From Spironucleus salmonicida (Eukaryota), in NCBI RefSeq assembly GCF_000497125.1, contig NC_090599.1:62001-126000 (forward strand): DNA of 64,000 bases, in the 5' to 3' direction. Position 1 is the first letter of the stretch. Each line of letters begins with the position of its first letter. Under the pieces are notes generated by a model, which ran no database searches, was not told where the DNA came from, and was given only the letters and a program-made list of their open reading frames with translations. A program made the translations under genes and the position numbers. Below, piece after piece: positions 49,013 to 61,851 of the stretch.

Positions 49013-52000
49013 TCATTTAATCGTCATTGCCTGCAAAACGCTGCCTAACGCCCAGGACTGTGACAAGCACGAATTGATGCAAATATCTGCATTTGCCTGC
49101 GTCAACTCTGGAAGTGAGCGGTAGTCGACATTAACGTTGCAGTGGAGGTCCATGTGGCGACGAATGTTTACTAAAACACGCTCATAGACATCCATCTTAT
49201 TGATTTTTTTAAGGCATATTAAGCCACGTCCATTGCAGTGGACCCACTCAGGTCCGTTATGGTACGAGAAGCCATTTCCGGTCTCGAAAGACGTCATATC
49301 GTCGTTGTTGTACCAAGGTGTATATCTGGTTTCGAATGGTGCGAGAGTTTTCATTCCAATCGAAAATCTATCCTGGAGATGAGCGTAGCATGTCAGTATT
49401 TCGTCTTCAAAGAGCTTGATAAATGAAGGCTCTTAGAAACTGAGGCCAATTAACAGATTTGGTCTGAGCAAGAAATCCTGTGAGTTGTTGGTCGCAGTAC
49501 GGTAACTTATAACATCCTTAGCATACTTAAACCCGTTCTTTTCAGCTTTGTATGTGAAAATATTTTTTTCGATCAAAGTCTACCAAGTTTATATAAAATC
49601 GTGATTGTATTGTTTTTTGAGAACCAAAAGAACCTTTCTAGCACACAAATTTATCTCTATTGCGGCACCACAACGGGCAGAAGCGGGTATTCCTCTATTT
49701 CCACAGAGCTGAGAACCTCCCATTTTGTCCATCCAAGTATGGCAATTATATTCATTTCCACCATACACAAGTCCAGTTTTCTAATCAGTGTAAGCTGTCA
49801 CATGCTTACCTTCCGGTCTCATGTTATCGTCATGACATTTCCATTCCATGAAATCAATACCCTGCCAGTGTTTAGTCAGAATCTCTAAAATAACGTCGCT
49901 GATAGTCATTTCTCTTGACTTTTAATTGATTTGAGCTAAAACCTCTTATTTATACAAATATTATAAATGAACTTCGTCAAAGTAATAGGCTTCTTGATCA
50001 TCTCTCAAGAAAATACGTTTAACTGTATCATTTAAGATTTCATTACCAAATTCTTCGATGTACTCAACGACGTTACAAAGCCAAAACCACACAGAATCTC
50101 TACAGTTATACCTTGGAATACGCCCAGAGTCTTGTAAATTTGGTAGCAAGCCATGACGAAGCAGGGATGCTGTGGAAACTATCATAACACGTCTAGATAT
50201 CTGATCTGGAACCATACCAGTCAATCCTAAAGCAATATCACGACCCCAAGAGCGGAACATTCCATCGAAGAAATGTGGAAAGCCTGCACAAAGCGAGATG
50301 TTAACTAGAGGGTTAGCTGGTTTTACATGCTTCCACATAATTTTGCTCTATCTATGCTTCCTAGAATTTGTGCTTTCAGGTTCGCTCACAGAACTCACAG
50401 AGTCATCCTGATTAGAAATTGTCTTTTTAAAATCTTCAGTGAGCCATTTATTGACATCAACGTTCGACCACTATGGTCTAAAACTGATCAAAAGCAACCC
50501 CGCGCGATAAAGTTAAGGAGCAAGCTTGTCATAAGATATTTTAAGCATTTTACAGATCTCCTCGTCAATAGCTTTATCCAGCGCTTAAAACAACTCAAAG
50601 GTACATTTTGGCTTAGAATAGCTAGAAATTTTATCTCTAACGAAAATAACAAGCTCGTCAAATGCAGTCAAATTAAACTTGTGGATGCTGTTACGTTACA
50701 AAATATAGTCATAAAACCAATTTCCAGATCTCAGGCAATTGGCGACTACCGAATCTACATTTTGAGTAATAATACAGTCTTTCAGACCATCAAAACCACA
50801 CATTGTAGGGCGCAACCCTTGAAAGTCGAACAACTTCATACCGGTTAACTCTATTTCTTCAAGTTCTGAAAGTGCCAAAAAATACTTTGTTTATGCCACG
50901 CCTAACTCAGCAAATTCTCTCTTAAAAACAGCTATTTTTGCTTTGATTTCGCTCATAACTGCATCAAGATCATCTGATTTCTTCTCCAATACCAGTACAT
51001 CTCCAGAGTTAGCGTCGAACTGAATTTCAAAATCGAACTAGTTCTGCTTAATATTTACTTAAGAACCATTTTTAAGCTCGACAAAATCATTTAAATTAAA
51101 TCCATTTATAGTCGATTGCTAGGATTATTTCTTGCCAGCAAAGAATAGTGTTTTCGTAAATATGCCTGGTATTGTAAGTTTCACTTTCTGATCAAACTAC
51201 TTATCTTTGAAATCAGGAATTGCTAGAAGGAAAAACTATGTTTTATCATTATAAGAGCTACGTTCAATTGTAAGGAAATCTCCGTGGTTATCAGCATAAA
51301 TTTCCTCATAATTTGCCATAACTTCACGCTATTTTAATAGAAACTTTTTAGCAGCTATCATATTTTAGGGAATTTGTGGAGCATAATTATTCTTACAAAT
51401 AACTTCAATGTGATCGGTGATACCTTAATCACTGCCATAAGTTGAGGCATATGCGGTTCCTTGTGCGAATGCGCCAATAAATGCATATGATAAGAAATTA
51501 GATAGATTGTGATGTGAGGAGTGGTTTCCAAAAGGTATATTGTCATGCGTAATATCGAATAAAAATTTTGGGGCGTGAATATTGTAAGAAATTGGTTGCT
51601 TATATTGGTTAAGTAAATTGATGCCTTATCTAAATGAGCTATTGAGAACTAAGCCAGCTAACTTATCACAAGAATCATAATGCACCATTTCTTTAAGTGT
51701 GATATCACCATTTGCTACTTAGGTTAAGTATCCATCGTGATTTTCATCTCCAGAAAAGATTTCTAGCATAACTAACAGATTAGTATTAACTTTCTTTGCT
51801 TCTTTTAATATTTTTTATAAAACTTCTTGATTTGTATTGTGCGCATTATCTATTCTCAAACCATTGAACATTTTGGCCTGCTTACATACGTAATCAATAG
51901 CTAATTGTTCTAATTTAGGATTGAAATTAAGTTTGACTAAATCTCCCCAACTGATTAACGATCTGCATTAATAAGTTCTCTCTGATTTTGAAATAAAATC

Positions 52001-53299
52001 CTTGCTAGGACCCATAACCCAGCCATTACACGCAGCAATTAAAATTTTATCTTCTTCTATTTCTTCTAAGGTATACCCGTGTTTGTTGATATAATTAGTA
52101 TAACCCTATGCATCATCAATTAACTTTTTATATTTGTTTTCAATATCAATATGTGTATTATATTTTGAATCTTTTTAACAAACTGGCGAAAAATATTTCT
52201 GAATAAACCAGCTAGGGCAATGCTCTTGTGAAAATAATTAATATTTAACACTTCCCATAATTGAATTGATCAATATTTCGCGCTCCTTATCATATTGGAT
52301 TCTAACAAATTAGTTATATGCTAATGTCACAGATTTCGTCTTCTTCTCATCAAGGTAGTTGAATCTTTTCATGATTACATCAGTATTTAGAATTGCTCCA
52401 TATCTCTTACCTGTGAGTGTTACTAAGTCTTAATAAGTTTCTTCTACAAAATGTGTATAATCCTCTGCTTCAGGGAACATATCAATTTCTGGTAATAAAT
52501 CAAATTCATAAATTTTAAGATTGGTAACGATATTGGCAATAAAATTATGAAATTTAGATAAAAAGTATTCCTGGAGAATACTATTTTTCTTCATAGAATC
52601 ATATCCTTTAAGTGAAAGCCCTTGTTCATAGTTTTATAAAATTGAATACTCAAATAACCATAAATGCATATCTAGAACCATTGCTGATTTTAAATCTAAC
52701 CTATTAACATTATTAAAAGTATTATTTGTATCGAGTAAAAGACTACTTTCATTACTGACATGATTCAGCACGATATCAGCCATAATATTATAATTTTACA
52801 AATAAGTTATATCTTGCTTAGAAAACATTACATCATCATCATCCCAACTTTTCAGGGAATATGCAGATCCAGATCTTCCAGCTTGATGAACAGGAGTTAA
52901 ATGCAACCAATTATAAGGAAGCTTTTTATCTTTAATAAGCGGCATAATCTCTTTAGTAATATTGGAAAGCAATGTGCACATTTATATATCTTAAAATTAT
53001 GGAGTAATAGTCAATTAACATATGTGATTTCCATTAATTTTACATTCATATCTTGCACAATCTAAGGCGGAAACATTAACTGTCGCTGAAAATTAATAAT
53101 AATTTTCTGATACCATAGCAAAATCTATACATTTATTAGTAACAAAAGAAGTCAACGATAGTTTGTAAACTGCCTTTGTCGTTTCTAAAGAATCTAATAA
53201 TACCACCAATGAACCTGATTTAGTTCGTTCAATGAAAAATTGTCCGGTAGGCTTATAGACTTAAAAATCTTGATTTACATGTAGAGTTAGATTTTACAT
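49013..53299 (-). CDS. AGL: glycogen debranching enzyme (4-alpha-glucanotransferase / amylo-1,6-glucosidase), 1428 aa
   Basis: [51 protein letters not shown]...[41 protein letters not shown], all in one frame. Confidence 0.95.
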
Positions 53300-53883
53300 T
53301 TGCGGAATGGATTTGAATAAAACAAAAAGCTATAATATATAAATACCTAATATTACTTGTGGTTTATGACTAATTTAAATTATCATACCATAAATTTGTC
53401 AATATATAATTATTAATTCATAATAATCTATGTTTCGACTTAGAATTTCGTTATTATTTATATTTAATATTAATAATGCTAGTTTCTAATTCAAATACTA
53501 ATATTTATTATAGCATAGTATAGTGTTGAGCAAATTTTTAGTATTTATATACATCTTAAATCTCACACTATATGCATAATAAGAATACAAATTATATCGC
53601 TTGATGATATTTACATACCTATAATCTATTGGCGTAAATTAATATGATAGTAGTTTACACTATTTCTATTCTATTTTCTGCTATATAATATTTAGAGAAT
53701 TATCTAAAAAGTATACGCGTAAATAACTCTATAAAAGTATCAATTATATCAAACAATTATTGATGAAAGCGCATCAATTCAAAAGTATATTCAACGAATA
53801 TAAAGTGCATCGTACTAATTGTATATCAATAAACAGTTATACTAGAATTTGTAATATAAGTAAATCATATGATGGATATTTTA

Positions 53884-55452
53884 TCATCCAAATACTAAAT
53901 TAGCTATACTTACTACGGTTGCATTTAAAATATCATGTCCTGTACCGATAATAGTTCGTACTTAAACTTTATTAAGTTATTACATTAATTAAAGCGTATC
54001 TAACGTTGAGTACGATAATAAAAGGTCATGTGGACTAACTATTACCTAACAGACGGTTCTGTTCGAAACTGAGGACGCATCAATGAATTAAAAATTATAA
54101 AATTATTACATGGACTGAAAGTAATCATCATCTAACATATTAATCTACTAATTCAACTCATTATATTTGTCTAATTAACTATAAATATTAAACATAATAA
54201 TATATTTAGAGAGAAGCTTCTTTTTTTTAGAAGTACCATTTACTGAGGAGATTTGTTTTATAATTTAATATACATCTTACAACCGACTGTCCTCATATAT
54301 TGAATTAATTCTAAAAGTATCACATATTTTTTACTTTATTATCTTATTTGAATATATTTTATACATTAGGTTATTAAATGATCTTGTATATAGATATTAA
54401 CCTTTTAATATATTAGTAGATATTATATTTTAAACAATACCTAGTTCTTCATAGTTAATAATTACATCCTTATAGATTGATGTAGTGTGACCTTCAGAAC
54501 TTTTTATTTTTTTAACTTATTTAAGCTCTTCATTCTGAATTTTTACTAATACAAACTTACTTTCTAATGCTTAGTATTTTAATTTGTGAGATTATTCACA
54601 TTCTTATTTAACTTCGATAATCTCACCTGAAATTTCACTTTCCATTTTATCATTTTGACATAATTAAAGTTCAGATTACATCGAAAACTCATCAACATAG
54701 CTAATTCTGTTGATTCTGTTTGTTTTCTTTTTAAATTCAGAATTTATTATTATTTTAAATTTTACAATTGGACTAATTAATATTACTTTCTTAGCTTATG
54801 GAATTTTACTCATATCTAAAGCCATATTACTCATAATACCTTGCGCAATAATCGTGAATTGGTCCTCCTTGTACATAGTTCCTAAAAGTTTTTTAAGCAT
54901 TTTTAAAATGTTTTAATATGTACTAGATTAGGAATCCATCATTTGATGAATAAAAGGAATTATAATATTACAATTTTATTGATATTTTTAATAAATTTAA
55001 AAAGCCAATGTAATCATATTTAATGGAGATTAATGAAAATCATGTAAGATAATTATATTTGCGGATGAAATATTAGTAGTCGATTAAAAATTAATATAGT
55101 TAAATGTTCCTCTATTTCTTTTAAATATAGATTCCTACTACTATTTATCTAATATTTTAAATACTTTATTGAACTTGCAAAAGTGCTATTCTAAATATAT
55201 TACTGTTTTAATTTAATAATTAAAAGACGCAAATTTCTCTGATTCACGATAGTGAAAATCATTTTCTAGTATCGGTGGTAACAAGTATGATAGTTCTTCA
55301 TTGAAAAATGGTAAATTTGGAGAACTTTGAAAATTTTACTAATTTAAATGCGTTCCAATTTATTTTAATATAAAATTATCTAAATAGTCTGTAGTCATCG
55401 CTGAAAATAGCTCTTTTTACACCATTAAAGAGAATGAACTAAGGCTTGTCAT
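53884..55452 (-). CDS. alpha/beta-hydrolase-fold protein with large insertion (degenerate nucleophile motif)
   Basis: 522-aa ORF: IIILHDF, FTIIAQGIMSNMAL, VILISP, VIVSPHDLL, IIGTGHDIL in canonical fold order. Confidence 0.55.
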
Positions 55453-55936
55453 TTAATATAATATTAGCTGTATATAATAATATATAATATAGTAATTACT
55501 ATTTAGTAATATTGAAAGCATTTTCTGTTATACTAAATATGTAAGAATAACTTAATACGCTAAAATTTATTTAATTGTTTAAAATATAAAGACTTATATA
55601 TAGGTAATATTAAAAATATACATTATCTGTGCAAAGGAACTTGTAACTGCATATCTACTTCTTAATTTTCATTTAATATAAAAATACGAACTACTATTAT
55701 TTCTTAATTTCGTAAGATTGGTGAAAAAAATATAAAACTGATCTTTAAAAATATACTATATAAATAAATGTAGCTTAATATTTAAAACTATCCCGAATTT
55801 AAATTAATAAAAAATATATTAAAAAAGTTGCGTTTATCTTATAATTATAGTATACTCTAATAAGTTAATAGCTTACCTCTACTTGTATTAGCATAGTTAT
55901 AAAAATAATTAAAATTTTAGATAAATTAATATCAAT

Positions 55937-56350
55937 TCAATCCTCTTTATCATCCTGATTTAAGGTTATCGTATATTAATCAAAATTGTAATTAGAAGTT
56001 TTGCCAGTTAATAATTCGTTAATTTTAAATTAATCATAGTTAGCTGGTCTCATCACATTTATGTCAAAATTTATGTCATATTGATCAAAAATATCATTAA
56101 TATTATCTAATTTCTATACCTATTACTATTTTTATTATTATATCTGAAATTTATCAGACTCTATTTCCTTAAGAGATTATATACTAGACTTCTTTCGTTC
56201 TGCAACTAATTTTAAGTCTTAGATATTGATAAGTTGAAAGATTTAAATTTAATTTTTAATATTTAATGTTAATGTAACAGAATTATATGTTATCAATTTT
56301 CCACTATAATACGAATTATCGGTTTTAAAATAAACATTTTTTCCAAGCAT
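55937..56350 (-). CDS. minimal ataxin-2/Pbp1-like protein (Lsm + partial LsmAD), 137 aa
   Basis: Sm-like N-terminus MLGKNVYFKTDNSYYSGKL; LsmAD signature YDQFKINELLTGKTSNYNFDQYTITL. Confidence 0.7.
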
Positions 56351-56442
56351 TTTTATCAACTCCATTAATTTATTTAAATAGAATATATCTATTATATATT
56401 AATAATGAAAAATAAAAATAATTAATATTCAGTACATTATTC

Positions 56443-56991
56443 TCATTAACCATCTATTTCATCCCAAAGATTATCTATTTGCTTTTGTTAATCTACTACT
56501 TTATGCTACAAACTACCAATTAGCTGTACTAATTATATAATGGTTTGGTCTTTTTCCTCACTACTCAGTTTTTTAACAATCATTGGATTTGTAAGCTCTT
56601 TTAATTAAACTTCAGTTAACTGCTTACTAGAAGAGGTTGATATTATGACACTTTTTGACAGAACATCACTATTTCCCATAGAAAAACATACAGTTTTAGG
56701 TTTATATGATGCTTCAATTAAAAGATCTGAAACACAGTCTAAGATATTGTGCGGATCGTCGCGCACATCGATATTATCTAACAATTTAAGCAAAATTCTA
56801 GATAAATCAATTGATATATCGGATGGGAGAGCGTATTTAAACTTATCGACTTAATAAATGAAATCCTGCAGATTTTAGTTATATATATCATGATCTGTAG
56901 CCTAATTAAGTAACATCCATCGCTTAATAAAGATTTTTCTAAGTTAACTATCCTCTATTTTGTGTACAAGTGTGAACATCTGGTTCATCAT
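56443..56991 (-). CDS. hypothetical protein
   Basis: 182-aa ORF containing track fragment 56605-56793. Confidence 0.7.
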
Positions 56992-57088
56992 TTTAATAAT
57001 TCAAATTTATAGACATAGTTGTTATTTTAATATATTGTCAATATACTTATTTAAGTAAAAGTAAATTGCATTAAATAATTTATGACAA

Positions 57089-58243
57089 TCACTAAAGCAT
57101 CCCAACGAATATACTGCTTGATACAGTATCCCCTAAGCCAACTGAATAACTTATTGGATTAATGCAAGCAGGAGTATAGAAATATTTCGGATCTAGTTGA
57201 TTAATAAATGATGGTTTCTTATAAAACTATTTACTGTCTTTGCATGATCTCGATGATAATACAACATTTTCTGCAGTTTTAAACCCTTTTTAAAAGTTCA
57301 ATCCAGAATTATACTTTTCTAACGCATAATAAAATCCTAGGTTATGATAAAGCATAATTTTGGTGTCAATTTATTTAAAAAAATCATGAATAACTTAATA
57401 CTCATCCTTATATTAAATATTAAGACTCTGCGCCTACATTTTAATTTCTGTTTCATTTAAACCCACACTACTGACAATGGGGAGTAATTATTCGTTAATA
57501 AATTATTATGTTTCAATACAATCTGTAAAGGCCAGTTCTAAATGTACCCACTTGGCTATTTTCTTTAGCTCATTGAGTACTTAAGTATGTTATTCCATAA
57601 ATGCTTGTGTTAAAACATTCTTACTTATAAGCTAATAACCAGATAAGAATACTCCCCAATTTTTATCAATAATAGATTTAAATGAGTTAATAAATTATTT
57701 ATCTAATTTAAGATAACAATTTGTCTCATCAAAAGTTATTATAAATCTATTATTTCTAGCAGATTTATAAGTAGTAGTATTATAAGTTAGAGTGAAATTA
57801 CTATCATATTCTATTACAATATGTATTGGTGGAAGTTCATTTGAATCAAATTAGATTTATCCAATAGATTATAATCCGTCATTATCAAATACTAAAATTC
57901 GTGGAGATAAATTTTACAGCATTTAAACTAGTCTAGGGCATCGATTAGGTAGATGTAATACTGGTTTAATATTAGGAAAAGAGTTAATAATGTTAATTAA
58001 TGAGTATCCACCTTATCCTGCTAATAAAAGTTCAGTATCTAATTCTTTCATTAATATTTTAATAATTTATGGTTCTACTAAAAACTCGTGTGATTCACCA
58101 ATCGTAAATGCCTATAGAAACTAATCTAAAACCCCCTAATTGTGTTCCTATAATACTTTAGCTAATATATCAAATGTTTACTGATTTTAAAGTTAGATTA
58201 CTGCATCAATATTTATGTTCCAACCACAAAATATATATTCCAT
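57089..58243 (-). CDS. ADP-dependent glucokinase/phosphofructokinase family protein (384 aa)
   Basis: GWNINIDAV, GESHE, LAGQGG, IHIVIEY, RNNRFII, LSGYQ, VHLELA, VSSVGLNETE, YHNLGFY and the catalytic SVGLGDTVSS. Confidence 0.88.
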
Positions 58244-58429
58244 TAATCTTAAATCTTAAAATGTGATCTATTATTTATATAAAACTATTATATTTTAAAT
58301 GTAAAAATAACAATAAACATTTAAGAACCAATAAATTTCATTATTAGTATTAAATATTGGTAAAGTTAATTCTTGGTATCTTAATTATATAATAATTATT
58401 TAATTTACTCACTTCGTCTCACACTTCCA

Positions 58430-59494
58430 ATGACAGCAACACTATTAAATTGTGTTGATGGTCCAACGGAGTCTATTTTATCTTTTTCAAAATCATCAAC
58501 TCATATAGCAATTGGATCATAAGATAATTACGTATATTTTATACTTCTAGATACTATGGAAGTGGTGTAAAAATTTGAGTTTTAAGATTCTGTAACCTAA
58601 GTAGAATTTTTTAACGACCAATTATTAGTAGCAGCATCCTTAGATGGATAGTTAACTTATTTTGTGAAAATTGATTTATTATTTCAAAAGTAGCGATCAT
58701 AAATATTATCACCAGTTTCTTCTTTTATGATTTATAAAAAGAAAATATTTGTCATATCAGAAGACTCAATTGCATATATATTAAAAGGTAATGATTTATC
58801 TATAATTACAGCACTTTCAATAGATGGGTTAACGTCTGTTACAGCATATAATGATTTTATGGTTTTTGGTGGGAAATCAATAGAACTTTACGATATTAAG
58901 GCAAACTAAATCATAAATAAGATAACTCTTAATGATGAAACATGTTTATCTTTAATAACATTAAACTAGAGTGTCATTTTTGGATCTGATACTGGAAAAA
59001 TTCATATATTATCTCTTAGGTCAAACAAATTACTAGAAATGGAATCTAGTGCACCCGAAGCAGGAAGTTAGGTAATATGTATGCGTTCTTTGTCCATTAA
59101 TAACTATTAGTTAGTTTTAATAGGTACAGATAACTCGTTTATTTGTTTAGAATAAAATTTAAATTTACGCTATGAAAACAATTTATAAACTGGTATATGC
59201 GCTATTGAATTTTTTGAAACATTGGTATTATGTGGATGTACAGATGGTTCAGTCATAGTTTTTGATGTATTGAAAGGAGAAAAAATATGCTCATTCTAAG
59301 GTATTGTACCACTTGATGAAGAAAATTTACCTATAACGGACTTAAAAGTAATTGATAACAAACTTTGTGTTACTGGAGATTCATATTTTTATGTTTATGA
59401 TTGTGATTTTTATGAAATTTAGAAAAAGGCTGAAATAATGGAGGACGAAGAAGAAGTAGGACCTAATGGTGGTAATGAGTAAGAGATTGAATGA
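58430..59494 (+). CDS. WD40-repeat protein (possibly Sqt1/AAMP-like)
   Basis: IAIGSQDNYV, DSVTQVEF...AASLDG, GCTDGSVIVFD; acidic tail. Confidence 0.7.
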
Positions 59495-59630
59495 TCAGCT
59501 TTATCATTAACTTATCTGCAGTATTTTTAAGCAAAAATTATAATTTCATACACAATTTACTTTCTATTTTACTAGAGAATTATAGTATCTATATATTAAA
59601 ACATAATTAATATTTCCATTCCTTACATTT

Positions 59631-60266
59631 ATGTAGCCTGACCATGATACTATTTATTGTGAATCATGCTCATTCCCTATATTTTATTGTTAGTTTAGGT
59701 CTGCAGCTAAACTTAAAGCTTTAGGCTGCAAAAATTTGCTCATGAGATCTAACCCTGAATTATTTTAGTTAATTTATAATGAAGAAGTGGAAGAAATTGT
59801 AGAAAACGAATAACCGTAGTAAGAAAATTCAGAAGAATCAGAGTCGTAAACTTAGAATGATGGCAAATCACTCAAAATACCAATATCTTTAGTTCCACCT
59901 TTTGGCTTGCCAATTAAACCTCAATTGAAAAAAGCATCAACTTATGTTCCTATTCTTTAAATTCGGCTCGCTTCACGGGGATAACACAAATCTACGACAT
60001 AAGTATTTAACTATGAAGATTTTATTGAGGATCCATAATAATTGTGCAAAGAACTTGGAAAGTAGTTTGCTGCTTCTGCTGGAGTTGCTGATTTAGTGGA
60101 TGGAAATGCATAGGTAATTTAAATTTAAGGAAGTTTTGTAGAAGAGATTATATAGTTAATGATTTAAAAAGGTGTTCCAGTAGACTAAATTTATGAAGCA
60201 AAAGAAGGAAAACATAAAGGAAAGAAAAAAGCACAAAGTAATGCAAGACCGGCTAATAAGAAGTGA
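59631..60266 (+). CDS. DENR: density-regulated protein DENR/Tma22 (SUI1 domain)
   Basis: IYCESCSFPIFYCQF...C...NPELF, then SUI1-like SRGQHKSTTQV...ELGKQFAASAGV...IQIQG. Confidence 0.85.
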
Positions 60267-60269
60267 TAT

Positions 60270-61841
60270 TCAATATCTAAAGGTTAAATTTAATTATTCG
60301 TCATTTTCATCTTAAAACAAATTTTCCTTTTTTAGGGTCGGAATAAATTTATCATAATGTAAATCAGGATTAATTTCTATAAGTTTATTAGGAATAACTT
60401 CAGAGTTTAATACATTCTACTTGTATTAAACAATAGCTAGTTTATCATCTAAATCCCGTAATTTTTATAATTTTTACTTTTTAGATAAGTTTTAAGCTTA
60501 GCATTTTTCTACCTTTAATGGATGCTACAAAACTTACTCAATCTAAATTGGTTGCGGCTAGTTATTTTATTAAATCTACTGTAAGGAACTATCTTTGGTG
60601 TCACTACTGAATTATTAAAAACTGTTTTTCTAAGTAAAATTGTTCGTATAAGTTTATTTTTATTATTAGAACTGCTAATTCTTTTCCATTACTTCATTCC
60701 AATCTTTAAATTTATCTAGCTCAGTTTCTTTTCCCGTTTCTGTATTAATATTTATTTTAAAAATATTATTCCCTACAATTCTTGTTTCTATAATATCATC
60801 ACAGCAAGGGCATTTTACACGCTCAACTACAAACGGATATTATTTTTATATTGATGTCTACTAGCTAATAATTTCCTATCGTTATTACTCGTTGATTTAT
60901 TACTATTAATAATAAATCTGTTATTTTTACTATTATAATAACTGTTATTATTAATCTTAAATGATTTTCTGCTATAAACTAAGTTATTACGATTCAATAT
61001 TATGATTTTATAATTGTTGTTAAACTTAGTTTTAATCTATCTTTTAAACCTCATTTTTATCTAAAATACTGTCTTATTTGTCTTAAATTTTAGTCTACGC
61101 AGTCTCAATTTATTCTAATTGCACTTATTCGTTTCTAATCTTCTTCGCCTGCAGTAACTAAATCTACAAATCCTTAAGACTTTATTATTCTTTTTAAACA
61201 CATAGCAGACACATAATTTTACCAGCTAACTTAATAATATTTTCCTGAGGTAAATCTGTTAAATCATTAGAACAAGTAGAGCAAAATATTTAAGTTCTTA
61301 ATTACACTTTATTAATAGAGACATCCAGAAATTATGGTGAAGGTCTAAGTGGTGATGGTTCGTCATATGTACTAGAAGGTTATTAAAATTAAGAAGGATA
61401 TTATTATTGCGATATATTCTAGCTCTAATCTGATTCATTATGATCAAAACTAAAAATTTTGCTTGGAGGAGACACATTTGGAATTTAAATATTATGATTT
61501 ATAAGTTTCTTTGTATAATCTATCTATTTTGTGCGTTAACATGGTGCCTAATCAGGTACCTTTTCAATAATTGGCTTCTTTTAGTAATACGTTTTTAACT
61601 CCTAAGTTCCGAGAGTTCTAGGCTTTGGAGCATCAAAACTAACTACTGGTTTAAGACCAGTCCTTGTTTGAGGAGGTTTTATAACTTTTGTAGGTACACA
61701 ATCGAAATCTGGTCTATCTTGTAAATTGTTTACAAGTTTAGGCTTCTGAACCTTATTTTACTTGAGTAAATCCTATTTACTAACTATTTATGAAAGTTCC
61801 TCCTTCTATATGGGAATCTTTCTTTGTAAAATTTTTGACAT
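60270..61841 (-). CDS. coiled-coil protein with CxxC motifs
   Basis: 523-aa ORF with CSTC...CLLC and CPCC clusters. Confidence 0.7.
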
Positions 61842-61851
61842 TCTAAATTTT

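Noticed and set aside
49200-50848. Plus-strand track ORFs (49200, 49238, 49601, 49660, 50327) and similar ones opposite RPN2, RPL36 and NOP58
   Set aside because: Antisense to well-supported conserved genes in locally GC-richer sequence.
53430-54490. Plus-strand frame with interspersed TGAs resembling a pseudogene
   Set aside because: From 53884 on it is antisense to the alpha/beta-hydrolase gene; the remainder shows no recognisable protein signal.
55453-55936. Possible ORF in the 480-bp gap (ATG 55539, plus strand)
   Set aside because: The translation is I/K/N-biased like random AT-rich DNA, has no motif, and runs into the convergent gene; unsupported.
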